IMG/VR virus record: IMGVR_UViG_3300005860_000047 | Location: 1 to 54,873 of that record | Source: a virus | Taxonomy: Duplodnaviria > Caudoviricetes | Length of the DNA: 54,873 bases | Strand: one strand, 5' to 3' | In this document: piece after piece, positions 43,641 through 54,360 of the stretch | How the letters are laid out: the number at the start of each line of letters is the position of its first letter | Position numbering within the stretch: the stretch's first letter is position 1 | Made by a program: the position numbers and the translations under genes | The notes under the pieces: model-generated | Told to the model about the DNA's origin: nothing | Databases searched by the model: none | The model's input: only the letters and a program-made list of their open reading frames with translations

Positions 43641-44028
43641 CCTCTCCCCTCCTCAGAACCGTGACACGTTTCCTTTCCGGCTTGAGCACCCCAACAAGCC
43701 CCTCTACAGCCCGCCGTGCCTTCTCCGGGTCGCCGCAGGTGAAGAAGTCGATGGCGATGAACTCCTGCGCGGGCCAGGTATGAACCGCAACGTGGCTCTC
43801 GGTGAGCGGCACGATCACCGTCACCACGCTGTCGCCGTAGTCGTCGCCGTGCTTCGCCTGCGGGAAACTGAACCAGCACTCGCGGCCAGCCTGCACCATC
43901 CCGGCCTGCGCCACGGCTTGCTTAACCAACTGCGTCAGCGCCGGCCCGTCGGGGATGATGGCGCACCCGTACAGGTCGGCGGCGTAGAGCATGCCTCTCA
44001 TGTCAGTCGCCTCCCTTAGCCAAGCCAT
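43633..44028 (-). CDS. speD: S-adenosylmethionine decarboxylase-family proenzyme
   Basis: LTESHVAVHTWP autocleavage motif; DFFTCG. Confidence 0.8.
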   Translation of the reverse strand: MAWLREATDMRGMLYAADLYGCAIIPDGPALTQLVKQAVAQAGMVQAGRECWFSFPQAKHGDDYGDSVVTVIVPLTESHVAVHTWPAQEFIAIDFFTCGDPEKARRAVEGLVGVLKPERKRVTVLRRGEGV

Positions 44029-45332
44029 CCGAGCGCGTCGAGCATCTCGAACTGCACCGACGACGCCAAGCCAGTGTCTTGACGGTAAAGCGGATAAGGG
44101 ATAACTTTGATCTGTTCCAACAAGTCATAACACTTATCGACAGCCTCAGGGATGTCGTCTCCTCGGCCGGTCACCACCATCAGATAACCGAGATTGCCGG
44201 CACCGTAGAACTTCCCATCCTTATAGCGCATTTCACTAAGCCACACGTGCCGCAAACCGGTCTTCTCAAGTCCGCGCACCAGCGCGAGCTTGTTTAGGCG
44301 CTCGTCTTCCCTGGGGAATGTCCCTGTGGCCAGCACCACATTGGCCACCCACTTGTCGGACATGCGCGTGGACGCCTGGTCCCTCTGCGCCATCCTCAGC
44401 AGCCACTCGCCCACAGGCTCGTCGAGCAATTCGCACCAGGAATACAGCGTCGGATAGCCCGGCCTGCCGGCCGTGAACTCCAAGGGAACGAAGCTGTCCC
44501 CGTCGAGCACGATGCAGTTGAGATCAATGAAACCGCAATAGCCCCATTCCTGAAGAAGCGGAGCGAGCTTTGCTAAGGTTTCACGGTACAATCTCGCCTG
44601 CGGTATCACGCGGCCGATTTCGCCCATCTGGCCCGTGCGCGGCCCTTTGTCCAGGTCGAGCATTCGCTTGATCTCCTGGTTTAAGTAGCAGGCTTCGTCG
44701 CGGAACCTTTCTCCGTCGAAGAAGCAGGTGACGGCGAACTCTATTCCTTTCGCAGCCTCCTGCAAAACGAAGTCCACGGTCGCGCCGGGAGCAAGTTCCT
44801 GCCAGTTTTCGTCGAGCCAATCTAGGAAGGCGAGCATGTCTTCCGGCTCGTCGGCCACGTACGCCAGGTCGCGGCTCACTTGGCTGTTGTGTTTAAGCGC
44901 CCAGCTGCCGCCGTTTTCCTGTACGAACTTCTTAGCCTCTTCAAAAGACGTGAAGCGGTGCATCGGAACGGTCGGTATGCCCACCTGCTGCATGACCTCG
45001 TAGGCAAACATGCGGTCGTTCTCCAGCCTGGCGACGTTGGGGTGTCCGCCGATGATGAGCTTGTCGGGGTACTTTTCGCGCAGCTCCAGGTACCACGCGC
45101 CGCTGTCGTACAGCGCGTCCCCCTTCGGCTTCTGGCGCACGTCGTCAAAGAAAACCAGGTCGGCTTCCTCCACATAACGGCGCCAGTCGTCCACCTTCTG
45201 GAGGATGCCGTCTCCGCAGTCGCTCTCCACGTCGCTGTGGACGTAATAAAAAACCTCATGGCCCTCTGCCATGAGGCGTATCGCCAGGCCGACCGTCTCG
45301 GCCAGGCAGGAGACAATCAGGAACCTTGCCAA
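44016..45332 (-). CDS. PurD-like ATP-grasp ligase
   Basis: RLENDR; GIEFAV; GPRTGQMG; GFIDLNC; LEFTAGRPGYP. Confidence 0.75.
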   Translation of the reverse strand: MARFLIVSCLAETVGLAIRLMAEGHEVFYYVHSDVESDCGDGILQKVDDWRRYVEEADLVFFDDVRQKPKGDALYDSGAWYLELREKYPDKLIIGGHPNVARLENDRMFAYEVMQQVGIPTVPMHRFTSFEEAKKFVQENGGSWALKHNSQVSRDLAYVADEPEDMLAFLDWLDENWQELAPGATVDFVLQEAAKGIEFAVTCFFDGERFRDEACYLNQEIKRMLDLDKGPRTGQMGEIGRVIPQARLYRETLAKLAPLLQEWGYCGFIDLNCIVLDGDSFVPLEFTAGRPGYPTLYSWCELLDEPVGEWLLRMAQRDQASTRMSDKWVANVVLATGTFPREDERLNKLALVRGLEKTGLRHVWLSEMRYKDGKFYGAGNLGYLMVVTGRGDDIPEAVDKCYDLLEQIKVIPYPLYRQDTGLASSVQFEMLDALGWLG

Positions 45333-45376
45333 ATCGCACCACCCCGGCTTATAGTCTTGATAAGGAGGTGTCGGTC

Positions 45377-45535
45377 ATGATAATTTTCATTACCTTCATG
45401 ATCGGTTTTTGCATAGGCATGATCATCAGCGTTGACGTGCACCGCGGCTTAAACCACTCCACCTGGGACATCGTTAAAGATGGGCTGATGTGCGGCGCGT
45501 TCAGCGTAATCCTCGGCGTGATGGCAAGTTACTGA
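45377..45535 (+). CDS. Small two-TM protein antisense to the late operon
   Basis: TAAGGAGGTG RBS; fills the intergenic gap. Confidence 0.6.
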   Translation: MIIFITFMIGFCIGMIISVDVHRGLNHSTWDIVKDGLMCGAFSVILGVMASY

Positions 45536-48500
45536 GCCAACTGCTCTATACGCCGCGTAGTCGCGCCCGGACCGAGCACGGTGTCAGACGGCTTCTCGCG
45601 CCGCATCAGCTGCCTGTGGTACTGCCACACGTCGCGCAGGGTGACTTCCTCTTTCCTCTTGCCGAGCGCCCTGGCCAGCCAGCTAAGCTGGCTGTCGCTG
45701 AAAAGGAATTGCAGAGTCCGCTCGCGGTCGCGCGGGTCGTCCTGCGCAAAAACGAGCCGCATGTGCCACAGGTGTGCCGGCAACGGATCGGTGCGGAAGT
45801 ACTTTTTGAACAACGCTTTGCTCTCCGGCGAGAACACGTTGGCAATTGCCTTGTTCCTCACTTCTGGCGGCAGGCCGAGGATGTCTAGCGACTCCACAAC
45901 ATCCTCTTGAGACGGCACCTTGCCGAGGACAGAGGCAAGCCACTGCATCCAGGGCTGGGAAAGAACCACCCTCTCGGTAGCCTGCCCAGCTCTGGGTCTC
46001 GCCGGGACTTTCCACAACATTCCCTGGCGGGCGGCTTCTTTTACCCGCGCTTTTTCTTCCACAGCAGCGGACGGGACGGAGCCGGGTGTCAACCTGACGC
46101 CGAGAAGTTCGGCAGCCCACCTCGGCAGATCAAACCTGCCGGTGGGCGTGCCGGACCACCCACCCATGAGAGAGAACCCGGCGCCGGCGACGTTCAACGT
46201 TCCCGCAGGGAAGAACAAGTCAACTAAGTCCTTCAGAGCCATGCCGAGGTTCGCTCCGAGGCCCTGTCCCAGGAATCTCTGCTGCGTTGGGTCGTACCCG
46301 AAGAGGTCCATAGCCACAGTCCACATCGGCGCCATCTTGAACTCCAGGTACCGTATCAGATTGCCCTTGCTCGCGTACTGAACCAAGCGTGGGTAGTCGC
46401 GCTCCCAAAACCACGGGTCGAAGTACTGCCTTTCACCGCGCGGCCCCGTGCCCACCAAGGGGGTGATGTCTATTAGGTGTCTGTAGCCCGGCGGGTTCTC
46501 CCATATGTGCCTGCCGTTGTTCAACTGGCGGTTGACGGCATCGGCCAGCGCCAGCGTGGCCGTAACAGTGTGGGCTAGGTACTGCGCGGCCAGGTCGCTG
46601 ACCAGTTCCTGCGCCGCGGGCGAGAGGGTGACGTCCGGCGCGACACCGACGGCCACAAGCGGAAGCTGTAGGGTGTGTGTGAGCCACCTGGGCGCCAGCG
46701 CAAGCGTGTTGAGGAAGCCCTGCAACGTCGGGTGCAGTGTGTGCAGGTCAACGTGGCCGGTGAGGTAATTGGCAGTCGAAGCAGCGGCCTTGGCGGCTTC
46801 CTCTTCGCCCAGACGCGGCAGCCACCGCCTGTAGAGGTCGAGAGCTAAGCCGATGCGCATGTTGACGGTCGGCCCGAACGACAGTCTTTCTATTGCTTCC
46901 GTAGCCCGGTCGAGCGCGTGCCCGGCCACGCCTAGGGCGCTCTTAAGCGGCTGGCGCAACGCTTCGTACGTCTCCGCGCGCCATCCGGTTCCGCTCACGT
47001 CCAGCCCGGCCTCCACCAGCTTCGCCAGCTCAGGCGATACCCGGTCGAATGCCTCTTTCCCAGCTCTCCACCGCGCGAGCCCGTTCACTATCCGGTTGAC
47101 CGGGCTTAGAACCTCGGCGAATCCCTTGCCTGCGGGGCCTGCGACGGTGTAAATCATCTGCGTCACCCAATCAAACGGCTGCAAGACTTTTATGCGGGTG
47201 ATCGCTCGGGACAGCTCCATCAAGGCCCGCTTGAAGTCGCTGTCCGTCCTGAAGTAATACTGCAACCGTTTCTCCAACCATTGCTGGGCATCCCGCGGTA
47301 GGCGTGGCACCGGGCGCTTTTCCAGCTCGGCTAATCGTTTCTGAGCCAAACTCTCCAGCCTACTTTCCACAGCTAGCGTGCCAGCGCCGCGCTTCAGGGC
47401 CTCCCTCGCCTTTTCTACTGCCTGCTCTATGTCTTTCCTGCTCAGGCGCTTTTTCCCAAGGGCGGCGGCAACTTCGTCCAATGCCGTCGAAACGTCCGCT
47501 CCCAACTGCGTCTTGGATACCACAACCCGGCGGAGGTTGTCGGCGACTGCCTCCGCAATGCTGCGCCTGCTCGCGCCTCTGGCAGCCATAGCCTTTTGCA
47601 GTTCCCCAGCCAAGGGATGATTGCCGCTCAGTTGCCTCAAAGCCTGCTCAAGCGAACGCTTGCTTACCGACTTCCCTCTGAGGGCGCGCTCCAGCGCGTC
47701 GAGAGCCAGAGCCTCCGGCGACCCCAAGCCGCGTACAGAAGCCAGAGCCTGTTGAACTCTTCCTATCCTGCGGGCCATCATCCGCTCGTAGTCAGCCACC
47801 AGCTGCTCCGGGAGGCTTAGTCCAACCAAAGGTTGCTTGCCAAGCCCGGACGCGGCGCGCTGTTCCGCCAACTTGGCAAGGCGTTGCAGGCGGTTGACAA
47901 AGCGGGCACGCTCCAACATCTGCCGCAGCTCCATAGCGTGGAATGGTATGGTGTGCGCCGTGTCCAGAACCACATCCGGCCCGAATTTCACTAGCGCGTC
48001 CTCTAAAGTGTGACCCCTGGGCAGCGCGTGGACGGAGAAGCGAGTCGGCTTCCGGGTGAAGATCAAACTACGCGCCAGGTTGCTTACCTGGGCACCCGTC
48101 TTTCGCACCCCGCGCTCCGTGATGTACAGGGGAACGTATCTCTCACCCGGCTGCTCCCACAGTTCCAGAAGGCCGATGCGTTGCAACCTACGGGCGACGT
48201 TCTGACCCGCGTCATAAACGCTCTTCAGGTGCTTGGCGTAGTTGGCAATCACCTCGTCAGGCACCTGCGCCAGCTCGGCGCGGATGGACCGCAGCGCCGC
48301 CGCCGCTTCCTGGTTGCCCAGATTAGCTGCTCTCTGCTCCACCGCGGCTATGCGTTGCGCCAGCGTAGTCTTCCAGCCCTGTGGGCTGAGCAGTTCGTTC
48401 TCCGGCAGCCACGCGAGGGCCATGCTCCCGGCCTTCCGCAGCGCTTCATGCCCGGCAGACGTTCTCTCCAGGACCCGCGCCATGAGGCGTCCAGTTTCGC

Positions 48501-49113
48501 TGGCCACGCGGACGGCCTTGGGATACTCGGCAAAGATGCGTTTAACCTGCCCGAGTTCTTCGCTCGCGCGCGCCAGCAGAGGTTTCCGTGCCAGCTCAAC
48601 GACCTTGCCCAACTCGCGCAGGCCGAGATAAGGGACGGTTGACCAGAAAGCTGTGCTGACGGCGCCCTTCGCAGCACCCTCAGGCACCGGCTTTCCTTCC
48701 TGTCTAGCCTCCGAAGCCCCGCCCCACGCTCCCACCAACGCGCCCTCAAGCCCCATCGCAGCGGCGCGGGAAAGAATCGACCGTCCGAGAGCCGCAGAGA
48801 TACCTGCCAGGTTAAGCGCGCGGCCAACCGGAACGGCCATCAGTCCCCAACCAGCCGTACTGCCCACGACCTCCGCTACCTTTTTGGCCTTGGGAGACAG
48901 AAGACCGGCCTTCTCCAGACGTTCGCCGTACCGCCTGGAACGCAACAGTCCCATCATCGGCACGTCCAGAGCCTTCATTTCCGCATAGCCCACAGGGGCC
49001 AAAACCCTAGCTATGCGCGGCGCAGCCTCGCGGGCCTCCTGCGCTACCTTTCCCGCCACTTTAACTGCGACGCTTTTTATCCTGTTTTTTACCGCGTCGA
49101 GGAAACTTGCCAT
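45529..49113 (-). CDS. Large internal virion/DNA-ejection protein
   Basis: 1194 aa, A/L/R-rich; last of a series of podovirus-like core genes. Confidence 0.65.
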   Translation of the reverse strand: MASFLDAVKNRIKSVAVKVAGKVAQEAREAAPRIARVLAPVGYAEMKALDVPMMGLLRSRRYGERLEKAGLLSPKAKKVAEVVGSTAGWGLMAVPVGRALNLAGISAALGRSILSRAAAMGLEGALVGAWGGASEARQEGKPVPEGAAKGAVSTAFWSTVPYLGLRELGKVVELARKPLLARASEELGQVKRIFAEYPKAVRVASETGRLMARVLERTSAGHEALRKAGSMALAWLPENELLSPQGWKTTLAQRIAAVEQRAANLGNQEAAAALRSIRAELAQVPDEVIANYAKHLKSVYDAGQNVARRLQRIGLLELWEQPGERYVPLYITERGVRKTGAQVSNLARSLIFTRKPTRFSVHALPRGHTLEDALVKFGPDVVLDTAHTIPFHAMELRQMLERARFVNRLQRLAKLAEQRAASGLGKQPLVGLSLPEQLVADYERMMARRIGRVQQALASVRGLGSPEALALDALERALRGKSVSKRSLEQALRQLSGNHPLAGELQKAMAARGASRRSIAEAVADNLRRVVVSKTQLGADVSTALDEVAAALGKKRLSRKDIEQAVEKAREALKRGAGTLAVESRLESLAQKRLAELEKRPVPRLPRDAQQWLEKRLQYYFRTDSDFKRALMELSRAITRIKVLQPFDWVTQMIYTVAGPAGKGFAEVLSPVNRIVNGLARWRAGKEAFDRVSPELAKLVEAGLDVSGTGWRAETYEALRQPLKSALGVAGHALDRATEAIERLSFGPTVNMRIGLALDLYRRWLPRLGEEEAAKAAASTANYLTGHVDLHTLHPTLQGFLNTLALAPRWLTHTLQLPLVAVGVAPDVTLSPAAQELVSDLAAQYLAHTVTATLALADAVNRQLNNGRHIWENPPGYRHLIDITPLVGTGPRGERQYFDPWFWERDYPRLVQYASKGNLIRYLEFKMAPMWTVAMDLFGYDPTQQRFLGQGLGANLGMALKDLVDLFFPAGTLNVAGAGFSLMGGWSGTPTGRFDLPRWAAELLGVRLTPGSVPSAAVEEKARVKEAARQGMLWKVPARPRAGQATERVVLSQPWMQWLASVLGKVPSQEDVVESLDILGLPPEVRNKAIANVFSPESKALFKKYFRTDPLPAHLWHMRLVFAQDDPRDRERTLQFLFSDSQLSWLARALGKRKEEVTLRDVWQYHRQLMRREKPSDTVLGPGATTRRIEQLAQ

Positions 49114-49499
49114 CAGCCGATCCCCGCCATTCTCATGACTTCGGAGACGAAGTTTCTAGTCTCTTTGTAAGGCGGAACGCCGCCGTACCTATCCACCGCT
49201 CCCGGCCCCGCGTTGTAAGCCGCCAGAGCCAAGGTCCAGGAGCCGTAGCGGTCAAACAACTGCTTCAGGTACTTGGCACCGCCAAGCAGGTTTTCAATCG
49301 GGTTCCACGGATTAACGCCAAGAGCTTTAGCCGTGGACGGCATCAGTTGCATCAGGCCGATGGCCCCTTTCGGCGACACAGCGCTCGGGTTCCCGCCGCT
49401 CTCCGCCATCACCACAGCGCGCAAGAGCTTGGCAGGCACGCCGACGGCGCTGGCTACGGAGCTGATCGCACTGGCTAGCCAGTTGGAAGCCCTAGCCAT
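49113..49499 (-). CDS. Lytic transglycosylase (SLT)
   Basis: AESGG; [10 protein letters not shown]; AAYNAG. Confidence 0.92.
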   Translation of the reverse strand: MARASNWLASAISSVASAVGVPAKLLRAVVMAESGGNPSAVSPKGAIGLMQLMPSTAKALGVNPWNPIENLLGGAKYLKQLFDRYGSWTLALAAYNAGPGAVDRYGGVPPYKETRNFVSEVMRMAGIG

Positions 49500-51019
49500 T
49501 CCCTTGCCTTGGAGAAAAAACCAGCACCACCACCGCCGGAGGAACCGGAAGAGGCAGATTGGCCCGGAATCTGCTGGCCTTGGTTGGTCGCCATAGCAGC
49601 CTCATTCGGCCATCGCTTGCGAATGAAATCCATTACCCTTCCTATGTCGAATGTGATTGCGCTTTCGCCGCTGAGTATAGCGTTTGTCCAGCCAGTAAGT
49701 ATATCGACGGCCTCGTTAAAGGTCTTCGCCGTGTTTACAGAAGCTATTACGCGCTCTGTACCGGCGTCTTTCGCAGCTTTCTCCTGCGCCGTCTGCGCCT
49801 TCAACTGCTGCGCAGCCGCCTTCAGCTCAAGGTCCTTCCACTTCTGCGCCGTCTGCGCCTTCCTGTACTCCACAAGCGATTGTGTCGCCAGCTCCTTGGC
49901 CGCCGTCTCCCGTTCTTTCAGTCCAAACTCTTTCTCCTTCAACGCCTGCTCCGCTAACCACTTCTGTATATCGAACTGCTGCTTGGCAAGCTCGGTTTCG
50001 TATTGCAGGGCAGACTGCTGCGCCGCCTGCTGCCGCTCGGCAAGCCAGGTCTTCAGGGACTTGGCGATGTCGAAAGCCTTCTCCGCCAGGCCCGACTGTA
50101 TCTGGTAAGCGGTCTGCGCCGCGCCCATACCCAGCTCGATGGGCTTCATCACCGCCGCCTGGTAGAGGTTAGCTAGACCAGAGGCGTAGTTGGCCTGCAT
50201 CCGGGCGTACTCCAGGGCGGCGTTGTACATTTGCTGGTGCTGCTGGTCGAGCCACTGAGCAAGAAGTTTCTGCTCCTCTTCGAGCTGGCCTTTGTAGAGC
50301 TTCTGGCGCATGTCGGCGGCGATACCCGAGCGGTAAATGCCCCGACGGATCATTTCCTCGTCCAGGGCCTTGAGGTTTTCGTCCGTCTGCTCCTTCAAGA
50401 GCTGGATGGCCAGCTTCACGCTCTCGGGCACGTCGCTTCGCGGCTGCATGAGCTGCTGGAGCTGCGCCAAAGCCTGCGAGTACTGCTGCTGGTACGCCTG
50501 AAGCATCGCCAGCCCCGCGTCGCCGTACTGCTTGACGTAGTTATTTATAGTGTTGAGGTAGGTGCTGGCGATGTTGTTCATGTTGGCGAGAAAGTCCTGC
50601 GCCATCGAAGTCAGCTCGGTGTAAGTCTTCTGGTAGGGCGGCGTAACGCGCTCTTCAATGGCCTGGACCTTGCTCTCGGGGACGTAGGCGGTTCCTCCCG
50701 CAATTCCGCTCGGCTTGACCGTGGCCTTGTAGAGGTAAGGATTGTCCGAGTGACCCACGGTGACGGTTCCCGTGTCCGGGTTGTAAGTCACCCGATAGCC
50801 TTTCTCCTCGAACGTAGACCGCACCGGAACGAGTTTTTCAGTATCCTTGAAGTATTGCTGATAGTCCTTCATAAACTCCTGTGCCGCTGGGAAGTCGCTG
50901 AACGGCTGCCCGGACGCGATCTTGGCCTTGATAGCCTCGGCGTAAGCCTCGGGGCTGCCGAAGTACTTGATGTACTTCTGGTAGGAGGGTTCGGTTTTTT
51001 GAGCGGTTGCAGTAGCCAC
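49475..51019 (-). CDS. Putative ejection protein (coiled coil)
   Basis: Q/A-rich; RRGIYRSGI motif; N-terminal module shared with 6646-7662. Confidence 0.65.
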   Translation of the reverse strand: MATATAQKTEPSYQKYIKYFGSPEAYAEAIKAKIASGQPFSDFPAAQEFMKDYQQYFKDTEKLVPVRSTFEEKGYRVTYNPDTGTVTVGHSDNPYLYKATVKPSGIAGGTAYVPESKVQAIEERVTPPYQKTYTELTSMAQDFLANMNNIASTYLNTINNYVKQYGDAGLAMLQAYQQQYSQALAQLQQLMQPRSDVPESVKLAIQLLKEQTDENLKALDEEMIRRGIYRSGIAADMRQKLYKGQLEEEQKLLAQWLDQQHQQMYNAALEYARMQANYASGLANLYQAAVMKPIELGMGAAQTAYQIQSGLAEKAFDIAKSLKTWLAERQQAAQQSALQYETELAKQQFDIQKWLAEQALKEKEFGLKERETAAKELATQSLVEYRKAQTAQKWKDLELKAAAQQLKAQTAQEKAAKDAGTERVIASVNTAKTFNEAVDILTGWTNAILSGESAITFDIGRVMDFIRKRWPNEAAMATNQGQQIPGQSASSGSSGGGGAGFFSKAREWLGLPTG

Positions 51020-51033
51020 CTATTACACCTCCC

Positions 51034-51612
51034 TTACGGGACATAAATCAGCCTGGCCGCCCACAGACTGGCGGTGTAGCTGGAACCGCTGCTGACCAAC
51101 GTCACCGTCAAGGCTGCCTGCGACTGCGGCATGGCCAAAGCAGAGCTGCGGGCCACAGTCCAATTCGTACCGGACGTAGACACTGACCCCACGACCTGGG
51201 CACCGTTCTTGAGCTGCGCCGTGGCCGTGCCGCCCGCCGTCACCTGCATGGCCGCCTCCAGGTACCAGGTGCCTCCAGGGAATTTGTTCGGGTCCCACAC
51301 GAAAAAGCCGCCGCAGTCCACAGCCGAGGTTGTAGAAATCGGCTGTGCCGGGGCCACCAGCGTCACCAGCGGCCACTCGCGGAACGCCAGTTTCTTGAGC
51401 GCGGTAGAATAGTCTTTCAGTAACGAACTTCCGGTGAGACTTGCAGCTGCCAGCACGTTGTCGCCCGTCATTGGGGTCGCGATGTTGGTTTCGTCGAGGT
51501 TGTTGTAAGCGGAAACCACCTGCTGCAAGGCCATCATAGTGGCGTAAGCGATGTCAGAAGGCGACCTGGCGTACCGCAGCCATAGAAGAATACTGTTGTC
51601 CACCTGAGCCAC
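51034..51612 (-). CDS. Hypothetical virion protein
   Basis: Follows the nozzle gene; beta-rich C-terminus. Confidence 0.55.
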   Translation of the reverse strand: MAQVDNSILLWLRYARSPSDIAYATMMALQQVVSAYNNLDETNIATPMTGDNVLAAASLTGSSLLKDYSTALKKLAFREWPLVTLVAPAQPISTTSAVDCGGFFVWDPNKFPGGTWYLEAAMQVTAGGTATAQLKNGAQVVGSVSTSGTNWTVARSSALAMPQSQAALTVTLVSSGSSYTASLWAARLIYVP

Positions 51613-51614
51613 AG

Positions 51615-53876
51615 CTAAACCACCCTCACCGGACGCGCCGTGCGGAGATAATACACAGCCACAAGTTCCAACAAAGTCGGGCCGTCGCCGGACACGTTCG
51701 GCATCTCAAGCCTGACTCCCACGCTAGAACCGTAAGCGGCAGGATATAGGCGGAATACCTCTCGCTCGGCACCAGCCGGAACGGTGAACGCTTTCATCCC
51801 CACGCGCCGACCGTCTACCACAGCGGAAGGGACAACCTGTGTATCCGTGCTCCCGCCGCTAAAAGCGAGGTCAACCCACAACAGCCGTTTTTCTAAGCCC
51901 TCGCTCGTGGGAGAGTAGTGTTTGGTTTCAATGATAGCACTAAACGGCTCTCCGGCGTCCGTCAGTTCCCACACGTTGCCCGTCCTGGAGTCACCGAAGA
52001 GGTAAACCCACCTACCCCGTTCCCTGAACACGGCGAAGCACGAGGCGTAGACGTTTCGCCACACGCTCCACGCCTTGTGAACAAGGTCGTAGACCAATAC
52101 CAAGTTGTTGTAACTGAAACCGCTCTCGGGTGCGGCAACCAGCAACTTATCTCTCAGGTAGAAGACGGCGACCTTGTCCAAAGCCCTCTGATTCAGGCGG
52201 CCCCACAGCTCCCGCACCGGGAGCGTGACCTGCTCCTGCTTGCGGAAGTCAGTCACCCACACGCCCTCGCGATCCACCTCAAACACTCCGTAAGGCGTGT
52301 CGGCCACGCCATGGTGGGAAATTGAGCCTACCGTGGCAGCAGGTTCGACTCTGAACGACTGCGGCCCGTACCCGGTGAGAAAGTACATGCTGTACCGTTT
52401 GACGATGAGCAGCGTTGTGGACAAAGGCACCAGCGCCACGATCTCATCGCCGTCGTCGGGGTTCACGTCTATAAAGTTAGTAGCAGGCCAAGAGTCTACG
52501 TTCGTCGGGTCGCTGAAGTACAGCGTGGAGCCGCGAGCCAAGAAGACGCGCTCGCGGTACGTGCAGGCCACTTTACCGACCGGAGCCGCGTCAATGGTCG
52601 CCACGGTGGCACCGTCGTACTTGAGCGGTTTGTCTACCCCGTTGCATATAACCATCTTATCCACAAGCTGTGCAAAGGAATAGAAAGACGAATAGGACAA
52701 GCCGGACTTCAACACTTCCGCCGTCGGTCTGCCCTCGTAGATCACCATCGCTTCGTGCAGAACGGGCGTGCCTGCGTTTTGCAGCTCTTGGAAAATGAAC
52801 CTGACCTGCGCGTAAGGTTGCGGCGGCGCCGCCGAATATTCGTTGTTCACCTGGTCGTACCACGGTGACCAATTCACGCGGTCGGGCGAAGTGCGAACCT
52901 GGCACGCGATGGCGGTATTGGCCGGAGCGTCCGCCAGCCAGGTCACAATCAGGGACGAATAATCGGTTGCCTGAACAGCGTCCAAAACGGGAGACACCCA
53001 CACACCCTGGCGGTTGGCGGGCACGTTCAGGTTGCCGTCGAAGTGCAACAGGTAGGTCGTGTCTATATCCCATTCAAGCGGGTAGCCGAGCCGTCCGAGT
53101 TCGTAGGCCGCGGCGAATTCCGCCGCCGAACGCTTGCGAGAGCTTACGCGGAACTCGTCGAGCAAGCCGTCCAGCGAGTTGGTCTGGGAAGCGCTGCAGC
53201 CGACATAGAAGTCCGCGCCAAAGCTCAACGTGAACTGTTGCGTGCTGCTCGCCGCGAGCTGCCCGTCTAAGTAAAGCTCAACTCCGTCGCTACCCCAGCC
53301 CACGCCAACCCAGGTGGCGCCATCGTCGGACACGGTGCCGGGCGAGGTGATCACCACAGAGCCGCAAGTCACCTGCACGCGGCCGTCCGCGGTGACGACC
53401 ACCGTGAGGTTCTGACCGGAAGCGCCACCACCATCAAAAAGGTAGCGCGGCGAGCCTGCGGTGACGGAGTACGGCTGCACCACCCACTCCAAGGAACCCT
53501 GCGCAGCGTACAGCACGCCCGCGGAAGCGATGCGGATCCCCTCGTTATAAGCGGCCCGTATTGCCACGGCCTGGTCGAAGGAGGCGTACTTGACCCTGAT
53601 CCGGGCCACCGAGCCGGAGACGCCTACGGAAGAGGCCGCCTGGCCGGAAACAACCCGCACTCCAACAGACGCACCCGAGACAGCAACCACCACCGCGGCG
53701 GATGAGACGTAAACCACAGCGGAGGAAGCTACTGCCGAGCACTCGACCATACCGGCAGCGGATGCCGCGACGATCCTGACCGCAGAAGCAGCCGCAAACG
53801 TTTCGACTGCGCCGTGCGCGGAGAGCACTTCCTCGTTATAGGCGTTGTTCCCGTACAGCAGCCTTCCGTAAAGCAC
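51615..53876 (-). CDS. LamG-domain protein fused to the C-terminal part of a nozzle/DNA-stabilisation protein
   Basis: LamG: VELYLDG, LDGLLDEFRVS, LLHFD; nozzle: ICNGVDKP, RVFLA..STLYFS, DGDEIVAL. Confidence 0.65.
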   Translation of the reverse strand: MLYGRLLYGNNAYNEEVLSAHGAVETFAAASAVRIVAASAAGMVECSAVASSAVVYVSSAAVVVAVSGASVGVRVVSGQAASSVGVSGSVARIRVKYASFDQAVAIRAAYNEGIRIASAGVLYAAQGSLEWVVQPYSVTAGSPRYLFDGGGASGQNLTVVVTADGRVQVTCGSVVITSPGTVSDDGATWVGVGWGSDGVELYLDGQLAASSTQQFTLSFGADFYVGCSASQTNSLDGLLDEFRVSSRKRSAAEFAAAYELGRLGYPLEWDIDTTYLLHFDGNLNVPANRQGVWVSPVLDAVQATDYSSLIVTWLADAPANTAIACQVRTSPDRVNWSPWYDQVNNEYSAAPPQPYAQVRFIFQELQNAGTPVLHEAMVIYEGRPTAEVLKSGLSYSSFYSFAQLVDKMVICNGVDKPLKYDGATVATIDAAPVGKVACTYRERVFLARGSTLYFSDPTNVDSWPATNFIDVNPDDGDEIVALVPLSTTLLIVKRYSMYFLTGYGPQSFRVEPAATVGSISHHGVADTPYGVFEVDREGVWVTDFRKQEQVTLPVRELWGRLNQRALDKVAVFYLRDKLLVAAPESGFSYNNLVLVYDLVHKAWSVWRNVYASCFAVFRERGRWVYLFGDSRTGNVWELTDAGEPFSAIIETKHYSPTSEGLEKRLLWVDLAFSGGSTDTQVVPSAVVDGRRVGMKAFTVPAGAEREVFRLYPAAYGSSVGVRLEMPNVSGDGPTLLELVAVYYLRTARPVRVV

Positions 53877-53896
53877 TTTAGGCGCCTCCTAAAGAA

Positions 53897-53919
53897 AAAC
53901 CCCTCGGGAAGAGGGGTTT
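53897..53919 (-). terminator. Terminator-like hairpin ending the fibre cassette
   Basis: AAACCCCTC-N5-GAGGGGTTT followed by a T-run on the minus strand. Confidence 0.6.
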
Positions 53920-53938
53920 GTTGCACATTAAAGTCCAA

Positions 53939-54343
53939 CTACGCCAACAATTTCTCCAGCACCATCTCGAATATTTTTTCGTCCACCGCCTGCCACGCTA
54001 GCTGGTCAACGTGCTGGTTGGCTATCTGCAGGACGTTATCCTTGGTCACAGGCACAATTCCTGCTTGAAATGGATTATGCGGCTGTAAGTAGCGCAACTG
54101 ACCATCAACGTAAAGCAAATAAATTTCGCCGTCATCAGGAACGTCTTCACGAGCAATAATCTTTTCGGCAGGAACTCCGTTGATAGGTGTAACCTTATCC
54201 CATACTTCAACCTTGAAACGTGTACGCTCTTGCTCAAATATAGCCTGCTGGTCAATCTGAGCTAAGGCGGCATCAATTTCGGTAAGCGTTTTGTTAACAC
54301 CCATCTCGTTCAAGCGTTTCCAAACCTGAAACTTGGTAAGCAT
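53939..54343 (-). CDS. Hypothetical protein (possible fibre assembly factor)
   Basis: AAGGAGG RBS; WDKVTPINGV; AT-richer than its neighbours. Confidence 0.65.
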   Translation of the reverse strand: MLTKFQVWKRLNEMGVNKTLTEIDAALAQIDQQAIFEQERTRFKVEVWDKVTPINGVPAEKIIAREDVPDDGEIYLLYVDGQLRYLQPHNPFQAGIVPVTKDNVLQIANQHVDQLAWQAVDEKIFEMVLEKLLA

Positions 54344-54360
54344 TGCACATCTAACCTCCT

